A DNA stretch of 64,000 nt from Snowella sp. (GTDB lineage Bacteria > Cyanobacteriota > Cyanobacteriia > Cyanobacteriales > Microcystaceae). The notes beneath the pieces are model-generated. The model was given only the letters and a program-made list of their open reading frames with translations. It did no database searches and had not been told where the DNA came from. Positions 32,813 through 43,505 of this stretch are shown piece after piece. Numbering within the stretch: position 1 is the first letter of the stretch; every line of letters begins with the position of its first letter. The stretch covers positions 1-64,000 of the forward strand of contig JAYKGY010000022.1 in the NCBI GenBank assembly GCA_035285545.1, written 5' to 3'. The position numbers and the translations under genes were made by a program.

Positions 32813-33757
32813 ATGCCTAATCTAAAAGCGATTCGCGATCGCATTCAGTCGGTCAAAAATACCAAAAAAATTACGGAAGCAATGCGGCTCGTGGCAGCAG
32901 CGAAGGTTCGTCGGGCCCAAGAACAAGTGTTAGCAACCCGTCCCTTTGCCGATGCCTTAGCTCAAGTTTTATATAATCTGCAAAATCGTCTTGCCTTTGG
33001 AGAAACCAATCTCCCTTTATTTGAACAGCGTGATGTTAAATCCGTTGCCGTTTTGATCGTTTCTGGCGATCGCGGTTTATGTGGGGGTTACAATACGAAC
33101 GTAATTCGTCGCGGTGAACAACGGGTCAAAGAACTCAAAGCCCAAGGGATTGATGCCCAATTGGTTTTAGTCGGACGTAAAGCGACCCAATACTTTACCC
33201 GTCGTAATGCTCAGGTAGCAGCGACCTATACCAACCTCAACCAGATCCCGACCGCAGCGGAAGCTTCCCAAATCGCGGATGAACTCGTTTCATTATTCGT
33301 TTCTGGCTCTGTTGACCGCGTTGAGTTAATTTATACCCGTTTCCTATCCTTAATTAGCTCTCAGCCCGTTATCCAAACCCTCTTTCCCTTAACCCCCCAA
33401 GGATTAGAAGTTCAAGATGATGAAATCTTCCGCCTCATCACTCGTGGTGGCAAGTTCCAGGTAGAGCGTGAAAAAGTCGGTACGGAAGTCACCAGCTTCC
33501 CCCAAGATATGATTTTTGAGCAAGACCCCGTTCAAATTTTGGATGCTCTGCTTCCTCTCTACAACACCAATCAATTATTACGCGCGCTTCAGGAATCAGC
33601 GGCTAGTGAGTTAGCGGCTCGGATGACTGCTATGAGCAACGCCAGTGATAATGCAGGTCAATTAATTGGAAGCTTAACCCAGTCCTACAACCGTGCGCGT
33701 CAAGCCGCAATTACTCAAGAGTTGTTAGAAGTTGTAGCAGGTGCAAACGCCCTCTAG
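32813..33757 (+). CDS. atpG: F1 ATP synthase subunit gamma (cyanobacterial atpC)
   Basis: [37 protein letters not shown]. Confidence 0.98.
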   Translation: MPNLKAIRDRIQSVKNTKKITEAMRLVAAAKVRRAQEQVLATRPFADALAQVLYNLQNRLAFGETNLPLFEQRDVKSVAVLIVSGDRGLCGGYNTNVIRRGEQRVKELKAQGIDAQLVLVGRKATQYFTRRNAQVAATYTNLNQIPTAAEASQIADELVSLFVSGSVDRVELIYTRFLSLISSQPVIQTLFPLTPQGLEVQDDEIFRLITRGGKFQVEREKVGTEVTSFPQDMIFEQDPVQILDALLPLYNTNQLLRALQESAASELAARMTAMSNASDNAGQLIGSLTQSYNRARQAAITQELLEVVAGANAL

Positions 33758-33786
33758 TTTCTTTTGTATTTATTGATTTATAATTT

Positions 33787-33824
33787 AAGGGAGAATCGTA
33801 CTAAATTAAACGACTCCCTTTTTT
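33787..33824 (+). terminator. Terminator of the atp operon
   Basis: AAGGGAG..TCGT-loop-ACGA-CTCCCTT followed by TTTT. Confidence 0.75.
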
Positions 33825-33907
33825 AATAATTAATAATTTGTATATTTTGCTGCTTTTATTTAAAAATAAAAAGTTAATTTTAATGTTGAACAATATTTGG
33901 CAAATTT

Positions 33908-34534
33908 ATGATTGAAACAATGTTAGTAAGTGGAATTGCTGGTCTAACTAGTGAAGTTTTGCATAGTGCGATCCGAAAACTAGGCAGTAAATATTCTGTT
34001 GATATTAAATATGTTCTAAGTGAGAAAGTTGAAGCGGATTTTCAAAAATGTCTTGATATTTCAATTAACGCTTTTTTAGAGTTTGTTTCTAAAGAGAAAA
34101 ATTTACAGAAAGTACAGCAAATATTAATTGTTGAATATTTAAAATCATCGGTTGTAACAGATGAGATTTGGCATTTACTTGACCCTGGCTCTGAAATTTT
34201 TGATCGAGGTCTTTTAACCCAAAATGCTTGTGAAACTTTATTTGAGGTTTTCAAAGAAGATACTGAAAAAGTAATATTTGATGCTTGGGGAGAATTTCTC
34301 AAAGCGTTTTCGTTTGCGTCAAGATCGGCTCCTGAATTAAGAGAATTTCTTAGAGCGAGTTACGAAGCAGGCAGCTTTAAAGCACTTTCTAATATTGAAG
34401 ATGTTTTAGAAAAAATGGATAACGCAGTTCGTAATATTCAAGATGAAGAATCAACGGTTAGTGAAGCCATCCAGCATTATGCTGAAGAGTTAAAAGATTA
34501 TAAAAACTGGGCGATGAGTTTTCAGCCCAGCTAA
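33908..34534 (+). CDS. Hypothetical all-helical protein (AT-rich cassette gene 1)
   Basis: 208-aa ORF with a hydrophobic N-terminal helix and helical/coiled-coil C-terminus. Confidence 0.75.
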   Translation: MIETMLVSGIAGLTSEVLHSAIRKLGSKYSVDIKYVLSEKVEADFQKCLDISINAFLEFVSKEKNLQKVQQILIVEYLKSSVVTDEIWHLLDPGSEIFDRGLLTQNACETLFEVFKEDTEKVIFDAWGEFLKAFSFASRSAPELREFLRASYEAGSFKALSNIEDVLEKMDNAVRNIQDEESTVSEAIQHYAEELKDYKNWAMSFQPS

Positions 34535-34561
34535 TTACTAATAGGTGTTGATTTAACAATT

Positions 34562-34948
34562 ATGTTAGGTAGCGTAAAAGAAACAGTTGCAGATCTTGCA
34601 GTAAAAGTTAGTGAACTTTATCGAGAACTTGTCACTAATACCGTCCAATTTCAAGAGTTACGAAGCTATACCAAGGAAACTTTGGACGAGTTTAAACATC
34701 TTTTAGAAAGATTGAGCGATAAGTTAGAAGAATCTGAGAAAGATCGAATTAGAAGAGAAACGGAATTGATGTCTAAAATCAATGTGCTAGAAGCAAAACT
34801 TGCTGCCTTGAGTGAACAAGCTTTACATGCAGCAGCGAAAGAAGCCGCCCGTGAAGTTTTTGAAAAAATGGTTTCAGAAAGAAAATTAGAGGATTTGTCC
34901 GGTCAAATTCAGAACGACACAAAACAACTTCCTAATAAGCTTAAATAG
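34562..34948 (+). CDS. Hypothetical coiled-coil protein (AT-rich cassette gene 2)
   Basis: 128-aa E/K/L-rich ORF with heptad pattern, 27 bp after gene 1, preceded by AGGTG. Confidence 0.75.
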   Translation: MLGSVKETVADLAVKVSELYRELVTNTVQFQELRSYTKETLDEFKHLLERLSDKLEESEKDRIRRETELMSKINVLEAKLAALSEQALHAAAKEAAREVFEKMVSERKLEDLSGQIQNDTKQLPNKLK

Positions 34949-35117
34949 TATTTCCACGATTTGTTATTTTCTTAAATAATCGACTTGATTATAGTCATCT
35001 AGACCTGTACTGCGCGATCGCCGTTGAGCGTTTACTGTAAGGTACTTATCAAATTAACGCCAAAATTGCAATAAGGATATATCCTTAATAATGTGATGTG
35101 TGAGGATGCGTGATTTT

Positions 35118-36563
35118 ATGGTTGCTTCTATTATTTCTAACGGCAATAAAGCCTTGCCAGAGTCTTTGGCAGGTTTGCGGAGTCAAGATTTGAGTTTGAT
35201 CAGAACGCCCCTATTTGGGACGGATGGAATTAGGGGAAAAGCAGGCGACTTATTAACCGCCCCCTTCGCGCTGCAATTGGGATATTGGGCAGGTTTAGTC
35301 TTAAAGGAAAATACGCCCCTAGCTGGCCCTGTCATTATTGGGCAGGATTCCCGCAATTCTAGCGATATGTTGGCAATGGCGATCGCCGCAGGATTAACGT
35401 CAGCCGGTTTAGAAGTTTGGCAACTGGGCTTATGTCCGACTCCCTGTGTGGCCTACTTAACGAGAATTACGGACGCGATTGGCGGCATTATGATCTCTGC
35501 CAGCCACAATCCGCCTGAAGATAACGGTATTAAGTTTTTTAATCGAGACGGTTTAAAACTCAGCAAAACGGATACCCAACGCATTGAAGCAGGGCTAAGA
35601 GGACAGGTGACCTCCTCTACTTCTAGCGCATCTCATTGGGGCAAAACCCTTCATAATCCCCACATGGTCAATAATTATGGTCAGTTTTTATTAAATGCTC
35701 TACCCAAAGACATTGATTTCCAAGGATTAAAGATTGTCCTTGATTTAGCTTGGGGAGCATCGGTATTTATTGGGCCCGAAATGTTTAGAGCCTTGGGTGC
35801 TGAAGTCATTTGTCTCCACGAACAACCCAACGGCGATCGCATTAATGTTAATTGTGGTTCTACCCACTTAGAAGCCTTAAAACAAGCGGTTCAGGAAAAT
35901 AATGCAGATATTGGCTTTGCCTTTGATGGAGATGCCGATCGCGTTATGGCGGTAGATGGCACTGGAAAAACAATGGATGGGGATTATATTCTTTATCTCT
36001 GGGGAAAAACCCTGAAAGAACAAGGTGATTTACCTGAAAATTTAATTGTGGGAACCGTCATGGCCAATCTTGCCTTTGAAAGAGCTTGGCAAAAATTAGG
36101 CGGAAACTTAGTTCGTACTGCCGTTGGAGATCAATACGTTCAGGCGCACATGTGGGAAACGGGAGCCATGTTAGGCGGTGAGCAATCAGGGCATATCATT
36201 TGTCATCATCACAGTTTTTCCGGTGATGGGGTACAAGCCGCATTACATTTAACCTCGTTGGTGAAGCAATCGGGACTTTCTCTGAGTGAACTGCTTGAAG
36301 AAAGTTTTCATCCCTATCCCCAAATCCTCCGCAATGTTCGGGTAGAAGACCGCGATCGCCGACTTCATTGGCAAGAGTGTGATGTACTCCAACAAGCTAT
36401 TACCCAAGCCGAAGCAGCAATGGGCGATCAAGGACGTATTTTAGTACGTGCCTCTGGAACCGAACCTGTGATTCGGGTGATGGTCGAAGCCGCTTGCCCC
36501 AATGAAGCCGAACATTGGACATCGGAACTCATTCGAGTCGTCCAAACTCATCTAGCCGCCTAA
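35118..36563 (+). CDS. glmM: Phosphoglucosamine mutase
   Basis: [36 protein letters not shown]. Start uncertain (35100-35118). Confidence 0.95.
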   Translation: MVASIISNGNKALPESLAGLRSQDLSLIRTPLFGTDGIRGKAGDLLTAPFALQLGYWAGLVLKENTPLAGPVIIGQDSRNSSDMLAMAIAAGLTSAGLEVWQLGLCPTPCVAYLTRITDAIGGIMISASHNPPEDNGIKFFNRDGLKLSKTDTQRIEAGLRGQVTSSTSSASHWGKTLHNPHMVNNYGQFLLNALPKDIDFQGLKIVLDLAWGASVFIGPEMFRALGAEVICLHEQPNGDRINVNCGSTHLEALKQAVQENNADIGFAFDGDADRVMAVDGTGKTMDGDYILYLWGKTLKEQGDLPENLIVGTVMANLAFERAWQKLGGNLVRTAVGDQYVQAHMWETGAMLGGEQSGHIICHHHSFSGDGVQAALHLTSLVKQSGLSLSELLEESFHPYPQILRNVRVEDRDRRLHWQECDVLQQAITQAEAAMGDQGRILVRASGTEPVIRVMVEAACPNEAEHWTSELIRVVQTHLAA

Positions 36564-36723
36564 GTTTCTCAACTTCACCAATCAAAGCGGCGATCGCATG
36601 GCTAATTCCCCGGAAAAGATTGCCCTTTTTAACCTTAATCTCTTTCTGCAACTCATCAGAAAAGTTGATAAAGATTATGATGAAATGAGTTTATGTTAAA
36701 AATTCATTTTAAATTTGTGCGAT

Positions 36724-36963
36724 ATGAATAACAACCTCAAACAAATTTACAATTACACGGTTCTGCTCGAAAAAGAACAGGACGGAGGTTATCACGCTTT
36801 TTGCCCTATTCTCAAAGGTTGTCATTCTCAAGGAGACACGGTTGAAGAAACCATTGAAAATATGACAGAAGCAATTGAACTATATCTTGAAAGCCTAGTC
36901 GCTGATAACTTGCCTATTCCTAAAGAAGACTTAATTGTGAAACCATTAAGTGTTTTAGCATGA
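36724..36963 (+). CDS. hicB: HicB-family antitoxin (short form)
   Basis: YTVLLEKE.DGGY...CP.LKGCHSQGDT.EE...N..EAI.LYLE. Confidence 0.9.
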   Translation: MNNNLKQIYNYTVLLEKEQDGGYHAFCPILKGCHSQGDTVEETIENMTEAIELYLESLVADNLPIPKEDLIVKPLSVLA

Positions 36964-37193
36964 GCAATTTACCGACTGTTAAAGCTAAAGAGTTCATTAA
37001 AGTGATTGAACAATTAGGTTTTTACTTTGATAGACAAAAAGGCAGCCACGCTGTTTATAAAAATGATGATGGGCTAAGAGTTGTGATTCCGATTCATTCC
37101 AACAAAGATTTGAAACCAGGAACTCTAAGGGGAATGATTCAGGATGTTGGTATGGACAAGGAAACTTTTTTCAAGTTACTTGGCTACGATTGA
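36960..37193 (+). CDS. hicA: HicA-family toxin
   Basis: LGF..DRQKGSH, VVIP.H, DLKPGTL..M. ATGA overlap with hicB. Confidence 0.9.
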   Translation: MSNLPTVKAKEFIKVIEQLGFYFDRQKGSHAVYKNDDGLRVVIPIHSNKDLKPGTLRGMIQDVGMDKETFFKLLGYD

Positions 37194-38722
37194 CAAGCGG
37201 GGATGAAATATTGGGAAAGAGTAAAAGCATCCACGCCTAATTCAGTGCGTTCTTTCGCGGCAAGTAATCCTGCTTGGGCGTGCCAATAGGCGGCTACTGC
37301 AACTGATTGCACCAAAGGCTGAAAATGATTTGATTGTTGCGCCAGAATTCCGCCCATTAATCCTGTTAACACATCCCCACTACCTCCCCTTGCTAAAGCG
37401 GGTGTACTGTTAGGAATTAACCAAATTTGACCTTCGGGTGACGCGATCGCGGTTCTGGCTCCTTTAAATAAAACCGTTGCTTGATGTTGCGTTGCTGCTT
37501 GTTGAACTGCTTGGATACGGTCGTGATTGGGATTAATAATCTGGGGAAATAAACGTCTAAATTCTCCTAAATGGGGTGTTAAAATCGTCGATTGCTCTCG
37601 TTGATTTAAATAATTAGTCCCCAGTTGTGCTAAAGCGTTCAATCCATCCGCATCCAAAATCAGGGGAACGGGAGCCGTTAACACTTGTTCAATAATAGGT
37701 AATGCGTCTAGGGTTAGCCCTGGGCCAGCAGCAATCACATCATACTTTGCAAAATCTTGAGCAAGATCCGGTAATTCCGCGATCGCGCCGGTTTCGGTTT
37801 CAGGACATTCAAGAATTAAGGCTTCAGGTAAATGGCTGACTAATAAGGGTTTTAAGGATTCGGGAACCGCAATCGACAGCATTCCCACACCACTGGCTCT
37901 CGCACCTAAACCCGTTAAAATGGCTCCGCCTGCATAGCGTCTTGATCCACAAATTAGCAATAAGTGACCCTGTTGATATTTATGGGTTAACACAGGGCGG
38001 GGTAAGGGCAGCGATCGCTGAAATAGGTCGGGAGTAACCAATTGAATAAGACTAGCGGGATCTAAGACTTCATTCACAATAGAGGCTGGAATCCCAAAAT
38101 CAATTCTGTCTACTTTGCCTAAATAGGGTAAAGCTTGATCTTGAAAATAGGCTAATTTCCACAATCCTAAACATAAGCTATGGGTCGCTTGAACCGCGAT
38201 TCCTAAGACTTCCCCCGTATCCGTATGAATGCCCGACGGTATATCAATGCTGACAATAGAGCGCGATCGCTGATTAATGAATTGAATCGCCTCTGCCACC
38301 CTGCCTGATAAGGGACGAGTTAAACCAAAACCAAACAAACCATCAATCAAAAAATCGCAAGATTCCAATTGCTCAATATCTCGCGTTATGACGATTCCCA
38401 AAAACTGAGCATAGCGAAAATGCTGATGGGGCAATTCTTTAAGCTTGTCAAAAGGAGAATAAATGAGAACCTGATAACCCTGTAAAAATAATTCTCTGGC
38501 AATCACTAGGGCATCGCCCCCATTATGGCCAGGCCCGACTAAAACCCCAACGTTAGGAAATTGAGCCAACGGATAAAGCTCTTGAATGCGAGCCGACATT
38601 AACAAAGCCGCCTTTTCCATCAAAGCCGCAACAGGCATTCCCTCAGCAAACATTCGCTCCTCAATTTGCCGCATCTGTTGGGTGTTAACGACAATAGCAG
38701 ACAAAGATTGATGATTTACCAT
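37184..38722 (-). CDS. nnr: Bifunctional NAD(P)HX epimerase/dehydratase
   Basis: GPGHNGGD, DGLFGFG, DIPSG, THKY..G, DADGLN, TPHLGEF, ARGGSGDVL. Confidence 0.93.
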   Translation of the reverse strand: MVNHQSLSAIVVNTQQMRQIEERMFAEGMPVAALMEKAALLMSARIQELYPLAQFPNVGVLVGPGHNGGDALVIARELFLQGYQVLIYSPFDKLKELPHQHFRYAQFLGIVITRDIEQLESCDFLIDGLFGFGLTRPLSGRVAEAIQFINQRSRSIVSIDIPSGIHTDTGEVLGIAVQATHSLCLGLWKLAYFQDQALPYLGKVDRIDFGIPASIVNEVLDPASLIQLVTPDLFQRSLPLPRPVLTHKYQQGHLLLICGSRRYAGGAILTGLGARASGVGMLSIAVPESLKPLLVSHLPEALILECPETETGAIAELPDLAQDFAKYDVIAAGPGLTLDALPIIEQVLTAPVPLILDADGLNALAQLGTNYLNQREQSTILTPHLGEFRRLFPQIINPNHDRIQAVQQAATQHQATVLFKGARTAIASPEGQIWLIPNSTPALARGGSGDVLTGLMGGILAQQSNHFQPLVQSVAVAAYWHAQAGLLAAKERTELGVDAFTLSQYFIPACQS

Positions 38723-38798
38723 GCTAAAAAATCGGTATATTATTAACTAATTTTAATCGTTTTAATAGGATAATTTTAATCAAAATCCATTAATTAAT

Positions 38799-39308
38799 AT
38801 GCTAGATTTGACAATACGAGATGCTATTTCTGAAGATTTAGCCCAGATTGTTAGTATTTATAACGCTAACGTTCCCAGCTATCTTGCCACAGCCGACACA
38901 GAGCCGATTTCTGTTGCAAGTCGTATTGATTGGTTTTCTAAGCATTCGCCTCAGCAATATCCCCTCTGGGTTGTCGAAAATGCTGATCAAAAAGTCATTG
39001 CCTGGTTAGGATTTCAACAATTTTATGGCCGTCCCGCCTACCAAAAAACAGCAGAATTAAGTATTTATATTGATCCCAATTTTCAACGTCAAGGAATTGG
39101 CAAAATATTACTATCAAAAGCAATTCAGGAAAGCCAAAATTTAAATTTAAAAACCTTACTCGGCTTTATTTTTGCCCATAATAAACCCAGTTTAAAACTT
39201 TTTACCAATTACGGTTTTGAACAGTGGGGATATTTGCCCCAAGTAGCAGAACTTGAAGGGATTGAACGGGATTTAATCATTATGGGTAGAAAAATTGTGA
39301 GAGACTAA
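38799..39308 (+). CDS. GNAT N-acetyltransferase (phosphinothricin/methionine-sulfoximine acetyltransferase-like)
   Basis: IYN....ATAD, GRPAY..TAE.SIY, Q.QGIG, HNKPS. Confidence 0.88.
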   Translation: MLDLTIRDAISEDLAQIVSIYNANVPSYLATADTEPISVASRIDWFSKHSPQQYPLWVVENADQKVIAWLGFQQFYGRPAYQKTAELSIYIDPNFQRQGIGKILLSKAIQESQNLNLKTLLGFIFAHNKPSLKLFTNYGFEQWGYLPQVAELEGIERDLIIMGRKIVRD

Positions 39309-39557
39309 TTAAGTTATTTACAAGAATTTTCTAGCACTACTAAAAAATACTTAATTCTATTTTGCTAACATGCGTAATTTAGAACTAAAGAAAAAGGTGG
39401 TCAGACTATATTAAAAATTGCTTATTTCCAAAAGCTTTGTCAATCAATTCCAACCAAGTTTCACGTAAATTTCACATAAATTTATTGATCAAAATCACTA
39501 TTTTGATGTTTGCAAAAATCTTGAAATGTATTGAGCTTACTTTTTATAAGCTAACTT

Positions 39558-39998
39558 TTAAAGTGGTTTGTAAACAACGGCATGATCTGAAGAGCGATTA
39601 CTAACAATTAATAGATCCTGTTTACATAGTTGATTTAAAGTGTCCTTTACTGCTTGAGGATCGGCTCCCGTTTCTACAACACACTCAGTAACTGTTGCCC
39701 CCTCTAATTTAGTAGAGCAAATTTTGAGAATAGCAACATCAAGACGTTCACCTGATGAGTTAAAAGACGGGATAAAATTATTTTGAGTACCTCGTAGCCC
39801 ATTGTATTTAGCTGCAAATGCCTGATCGGACATTGAAATTAATTTAACAAAATCAACAACTCCCAAGATCATAGGGATATATGTCCAGAAAAAAGCAAGA
39901 TAAAGAACCCCTTTAGTATTTTGTCCAAGATAAAATTGATGAATTCCAAAAGTACCTAGAAATAAAGCTAATAAAGCTGCAACAGTTCGATTTTTCAT
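39558..39998 (-). CDS. TM2/NINE-domain membrane protein with C-terminal winged-helix-like domain
   Basis: KNRTVAALLALFLG.FG.H.FYLGQ..KG.LYL.F.WT, then GATVTECV.ETG...VK..L..L....L....N. Confidence 0.85.
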   Translation of the reverse strand: MKNRTVAALLALFLGTFGIHQFYLGQNTKGVLYLAFFWTYIPMILGVVDFVKLISMSDQAFAAKYNGLRGTQNNFIPSFNSSGERLDVAILKICSTKLEGATVTECVVETGADPQAVKDTLNQLCKQDLLIVSNRSSDHAVVYKPL

Positions 39999-40445
39999 AA
40001 AATTAGTTCCTTTGAATATGCACTCTTAGATTTTTGTAGTTTACAAAGCTTATGCAAAAGTCATAATGTAGGGAGTTAAGTTGCTAAGAAAGACAATCAT
40101 CCAGCAAATAAAGCTTAAGTTGACAAAAAATGAATTTTCGAGTTTTAGTCTAAATTTTTGGTTATTGATATATATAACAGGTTATTAGAAAATTATTGTA
40201 ACGAGGGAAGAAACTCATAATAATAGAACAATAGTTCCAAACTATAATCTAGTCTTAATGGCTTTCCAAAAACTTAATGAATTTAAGATCAAGAAAACAG
40301 TTAAGCATGAAATGATTGTAATAAAGTTCACTTGTATTGTCAATCATTGAAAATATAATTCCATGCCAATTCTAAACCATTTGTAAATGTTGATCTACTC
40401 TGAGGAAGGGTTTCGAGCCTCTGAAGAACACAAACATTCAATATT

Positions 40446-40810
40446 GGGAGCATCTCACCCTTGCAATGAGTAAAGATACTCAGGAGAAAAAAAGGGGGAA
40501 GTAAAGCAAAATAGAGAGGTGGTCAACCGACAAAAGAAGATGACCCAAAAAGAGCAGCAAGAAATGCAAGAATATATCCAGACTATCTTAAAGATACGCT
40601 ATGAAAATACGCCTCAAGAACAAATTCAAACCTTTGAATCCATCGAAACGATGGAGAGGGAGGAGGTGTTAACGAAAGTAACACTTAAAAGTAGAGGATT
40701 TTTTTGAATGGAGCAGAAGAGAAAAAAGCAGTAGGACAGGAAAAATTTAACGCTGTATAGGAACAGTCAGAATCAGCGATCTCCGGGCCAAACACCTAGA
40801 AGTAAGTCAA
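40446..40810 (+). mobile_element. Degenerate ISKra4-family (ISMich2-like) IS left-end remnant
   Basis: GGGAGCATCTCA end at 40446. ORF MTQKEQQEM...YENTP.EQ.QTFE.IE ends at a T7 run (40699-40705), with a decayed second-frame fragment RCIGTVRISDLRAKHLEV. Confidence 0.7.
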
Positions 40811-41133
40811 AGTAAATGTTAAGATATTTTATCCGTTTATTAATTCATTATCTGAGATTTTAATAAGTACCTATTCCTGACTTATTCATGGATTGATTCA
40901 GCAACACGTGAAATTTTTTTTAGTGTGGCCTAAACGTTGAGTTGTAGAGCGAAAATTTGGATGGTTTAACGATTGGCGAAGTTTAAGCAAAGATCATGAA
41001 ATGTTGCCTGAAACTTCTGAAGCCTTCATCGATATCGGTATGACTCGTCTGATGTTACGCCGCCGACTAGCATAAATGTACTATCCTATCTATGATCCTT
41101 TTCAAACGTCCTCTCATTTATTTTCTCCCCATC

Positions 41134-41844
41134 ATGTCTCAAAAAGACTTCGTTGCCGCTACAGAAGTACAAGCAATTTTCGACCGCATCGCGCCAGTGT
41201 ATGACCAACTCAACAGTTGGTTAAGTTTTGGCCAGCATCGGGTTTGGAAATTAATGACGGTGAAATGGTGTGAACCTCAAGCGGGCCAAAAAGCCTTGGA
41301 TGTTTGCTGTGGGAGTGGGGATCTGACTCAACTGTTGGCGCGACAGATCGGCTCGACGGGGCAAGTCATTGGTTTAGATTTTTCTGAAAATTTATTGGCG
41401 ATCGCGGCGGAACGAGCTAATCAAATTTTCCCCGCATTACCGATAACGTGGCAAGTTGGGGATGCCCTTAATTTACCCTTTGAAAATGACACTTTTGATT
41501 GTGCTACGATGGGATATGGACTCCGAAATGTGACGGATATTCCCCGTGCGCTGTCCGAATTACAACGGGTTTTAAAAACGGGGGGCAAGGTCGCTATTCT
41601 TGACTTTCATCATCCCACCCAGGGCTGGATGCAACAGTTTCAACGCTGGTATCTACAAACCGTCGTTGTCCCAACTGCTAACTATTTTCAAGTCACCGAC
41701 GAGTATGCCTATATTTACCCCAGTTTAGAGCGGTTTCCCAATGGCAAAACCCAGGTGAAATTAGCCCAACAAGTCGGTTTTTCCCATGCGGTTCATTACG
41801 CGATCGCTGGGGGATTAATGGGAGTTTTAGTCGCTCAGAAATAA
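41134..41844 (+). CDS. menG: Demethylphylloquinol/menaquinone methyltransferase (MenG/UbiE)
   Basis: FDRIAPVYD.LN..LS.GQHRVWK, LDVCCGSGD, GYGLRNV. The likely start is ATG 41134. Confidence 0.92.
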   Translation: MSQKDFVAATEVQAIFDRIAPVYDQLNSWLSFGQHRVWKLMTVKWCEPQAGQKALDVCCGSGDLTQLLARQIGSTGQVIGLDFSENLLAIAAERANQIFPALPITWQVGDALNLPFENDTFDCATMGYGLRNVTDIPRALSELQRVLKTGGKVAILDFHHPTQGWMQQFQRWYLQTVVVPTANYFQVTDEYAYIYPSLERFPNGKTQVKLAQQVGFSHAVHYAIAGGLMGVLVAQK

Positions 41845-41932
41845 TCATCAAGAGATTTTTAATTACAGAGCAAGGTAACGCAGTTAAAAAGAAACCTCTT
41901 AACGCTCGGAAATATTCATTTTTAACTAACCT

Positions 41933-43171
41933 ATGGACTTGTCAACCCTATTGCCTTTAGTTGTTCCCCCAGTAGCAGGAGCAATTATTGGCTACTTTAC
42001 CAATGATATTGCCATTCAGATGCTATTCCGTCCCTACAAAGCTCTCTTTATTGGTAAATATCAACTCCCCTTTACCCCAGGTTTAATTCCCCGCAATCAA
42101 GAACGATTAGCCGGTCGGGTTTCCGATACGATTATGGGGTCGTTATTAACCCCTGAAGAACTGCAAAGATTAGCAAAAAAATTATTACAAACCGAGCGAG
42201 TAGAAGCCGCATTAAGTTGGTTATTGAATTCAGCTTTAAAACAAATTCGTAGTGATAAAGAACAAAAAAGCGCAAAAATTTTAGCCAATATTTTAAGAGA
42301 TCTTTTTAGTGAATCCTTACCTCGATTATTAAAAATATTTTCCCGACGAGAAGACTTTTTAGAATCTCAAATTAATCAGATTTTTGAACAGGTTTTATTG
42401 GATTTTCAACTATCCGAACTCCAAGCCCGCCAGTTTGTCGATTGGTTATTAGAAAGCGTTTTACCGCCTGATGTTTTACGGTTAACCTTAATTGATTTCC
42501 TCACAGACCGTAATATTCAAGTCATTGATGAAGGGTTTCGAGAAAAAACCAGTGGAACCTATTGGGTGGTGGCCAACTTATTTGGTGTTCGTAATACCTT
42601 AATTCGTTTACGAAGTTTTTGCATTGAAGAAAAAGAAATCGCCAATACTCGTCTGAAAGAATTAATTCTATCCTTAGAAATTCGGAGCCGTTTACGTAAT
42701 TGGTTACATAATTTATCCTTACAAAATTTACCCCTATCTACCGTTCGACAACTGAGAAAGACAACCGGAGAAGCTGTTCGATCCTATATTCGAGATAGTG
42801 GGGCTAATTTCCTAGAAAATCTGGGAGAATCCATTGATTGGGATAGTCTAGCGACTTTAATTATTAATCGCTTACAAAATTCCTCCGCTTTTACAGGTTC
42901 ATTAGGCGTTGTTAGCCAAGAGTTGGCTTTAATTTTAGAGCGATACTTAGAAGAGGATTTAGAAAAATTGGTACAAACGATTATTCCCATTCTTTCGATT
43001 GATCAAGTTATTATTGCTCGGATTAAAAATACTTCTCCGGCTGAATTAGAAGCCGCTATTCAGGGAATTGTTAAAAGCGAACTGCAAGCCATTGTCAATT
43101 TAGGGGGTTTTTTAGGTTTCTTTGTTGGATTGTTACAAACGATCTTCTTTGTTTATACCCATTCGGTGTAA
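41933..43171 (+). CDS. DUF445 family membrane protein
   Basis: [37 protein letters not shown]. Confidence 0.9.
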   Translation: MDLSTLLPLVVPPVAGAIIGYFTNDIAIQMLFRPYKALFIGKYQLPFTPGLIPRNQERLAGRVSDTIMGSLLTPEELQRLAKKLLQTERVEAALSWLLNSALKQIRSDKEQKSAKILANILRDLFSESLPRLLKIFSRREDFLESQINQIFEQVLLDFQLSELQARQFVDWLLESVLPPDVLRLTLIDFLTDRNIQVIDEGFREKTSGTYWVVANLFGVRNTLIRLRSFCIEEKEIANTRLKELILSLEIRSRLRNWLHNLSLQNLPLSTVRQLRKTTGEAVRSYIRDSGANFLENLGESIDWDSLATLIINRLQNSSAFTGSLGVVSQELALILERYLEEDLEKLVQTIIPILSIDQVIIARIKNTSPAELEAAIQGIVKSELQAIVNLGGFLGFFVGLLQTIFFVYTHSV

Positions 43172-43233
43172 ATTAAAAGTTAACCATTTTTCAATCTTAA
43201 ATCAACTTTATTAATCTATTCAGTAATTGAATT

Positions 43234-43491
43234 ATGCCTCACCCCATGATGTACCAGGAAGATATGTTTGTGGTTCTCGAAAGTGATCAACCCGAACAAT
43301 TTTTAACCCCTGATGAATTATTTGAAAAGCTCAAAAGTATTTTAGATAATTATACTGAGGATTTACCCAGAGAATTAACGAAATTTTCTACTTTAGAAGA
43401 AAAAGCTCTCCATTTACGCGATAGTTTTTGTGAATTAAGTCTGGGAGAAAATACTTATTTACAATGGTATGTAGTACGACTGGAAAAGTAA
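43234..43491 (+). CDS. Chlororespiratory reduction protein 7 (CRR7, NDH-1 assembly)
   Basis: FVVLE...PEQFLT..EL..KL...DLPREL.KF...LQWYVVRLEK. Confidence 0.85.
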   Translation: MPHPMMYQEDMFVVLESDQPEQFLTPDELFEKLKSILDNYTEDLPRELTKFSTLEEKALHLRDSFCELSLGENTYLQWYVVRLEK

Positions 43492-43505
43492 AACTGATTA
43501 AAGTA

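Noticed and set aside
40519..40707. 62-aa ORF as a functional small protein
   Set aside because: Better explained as the decayed first frame of an ISKra4-like transposase.
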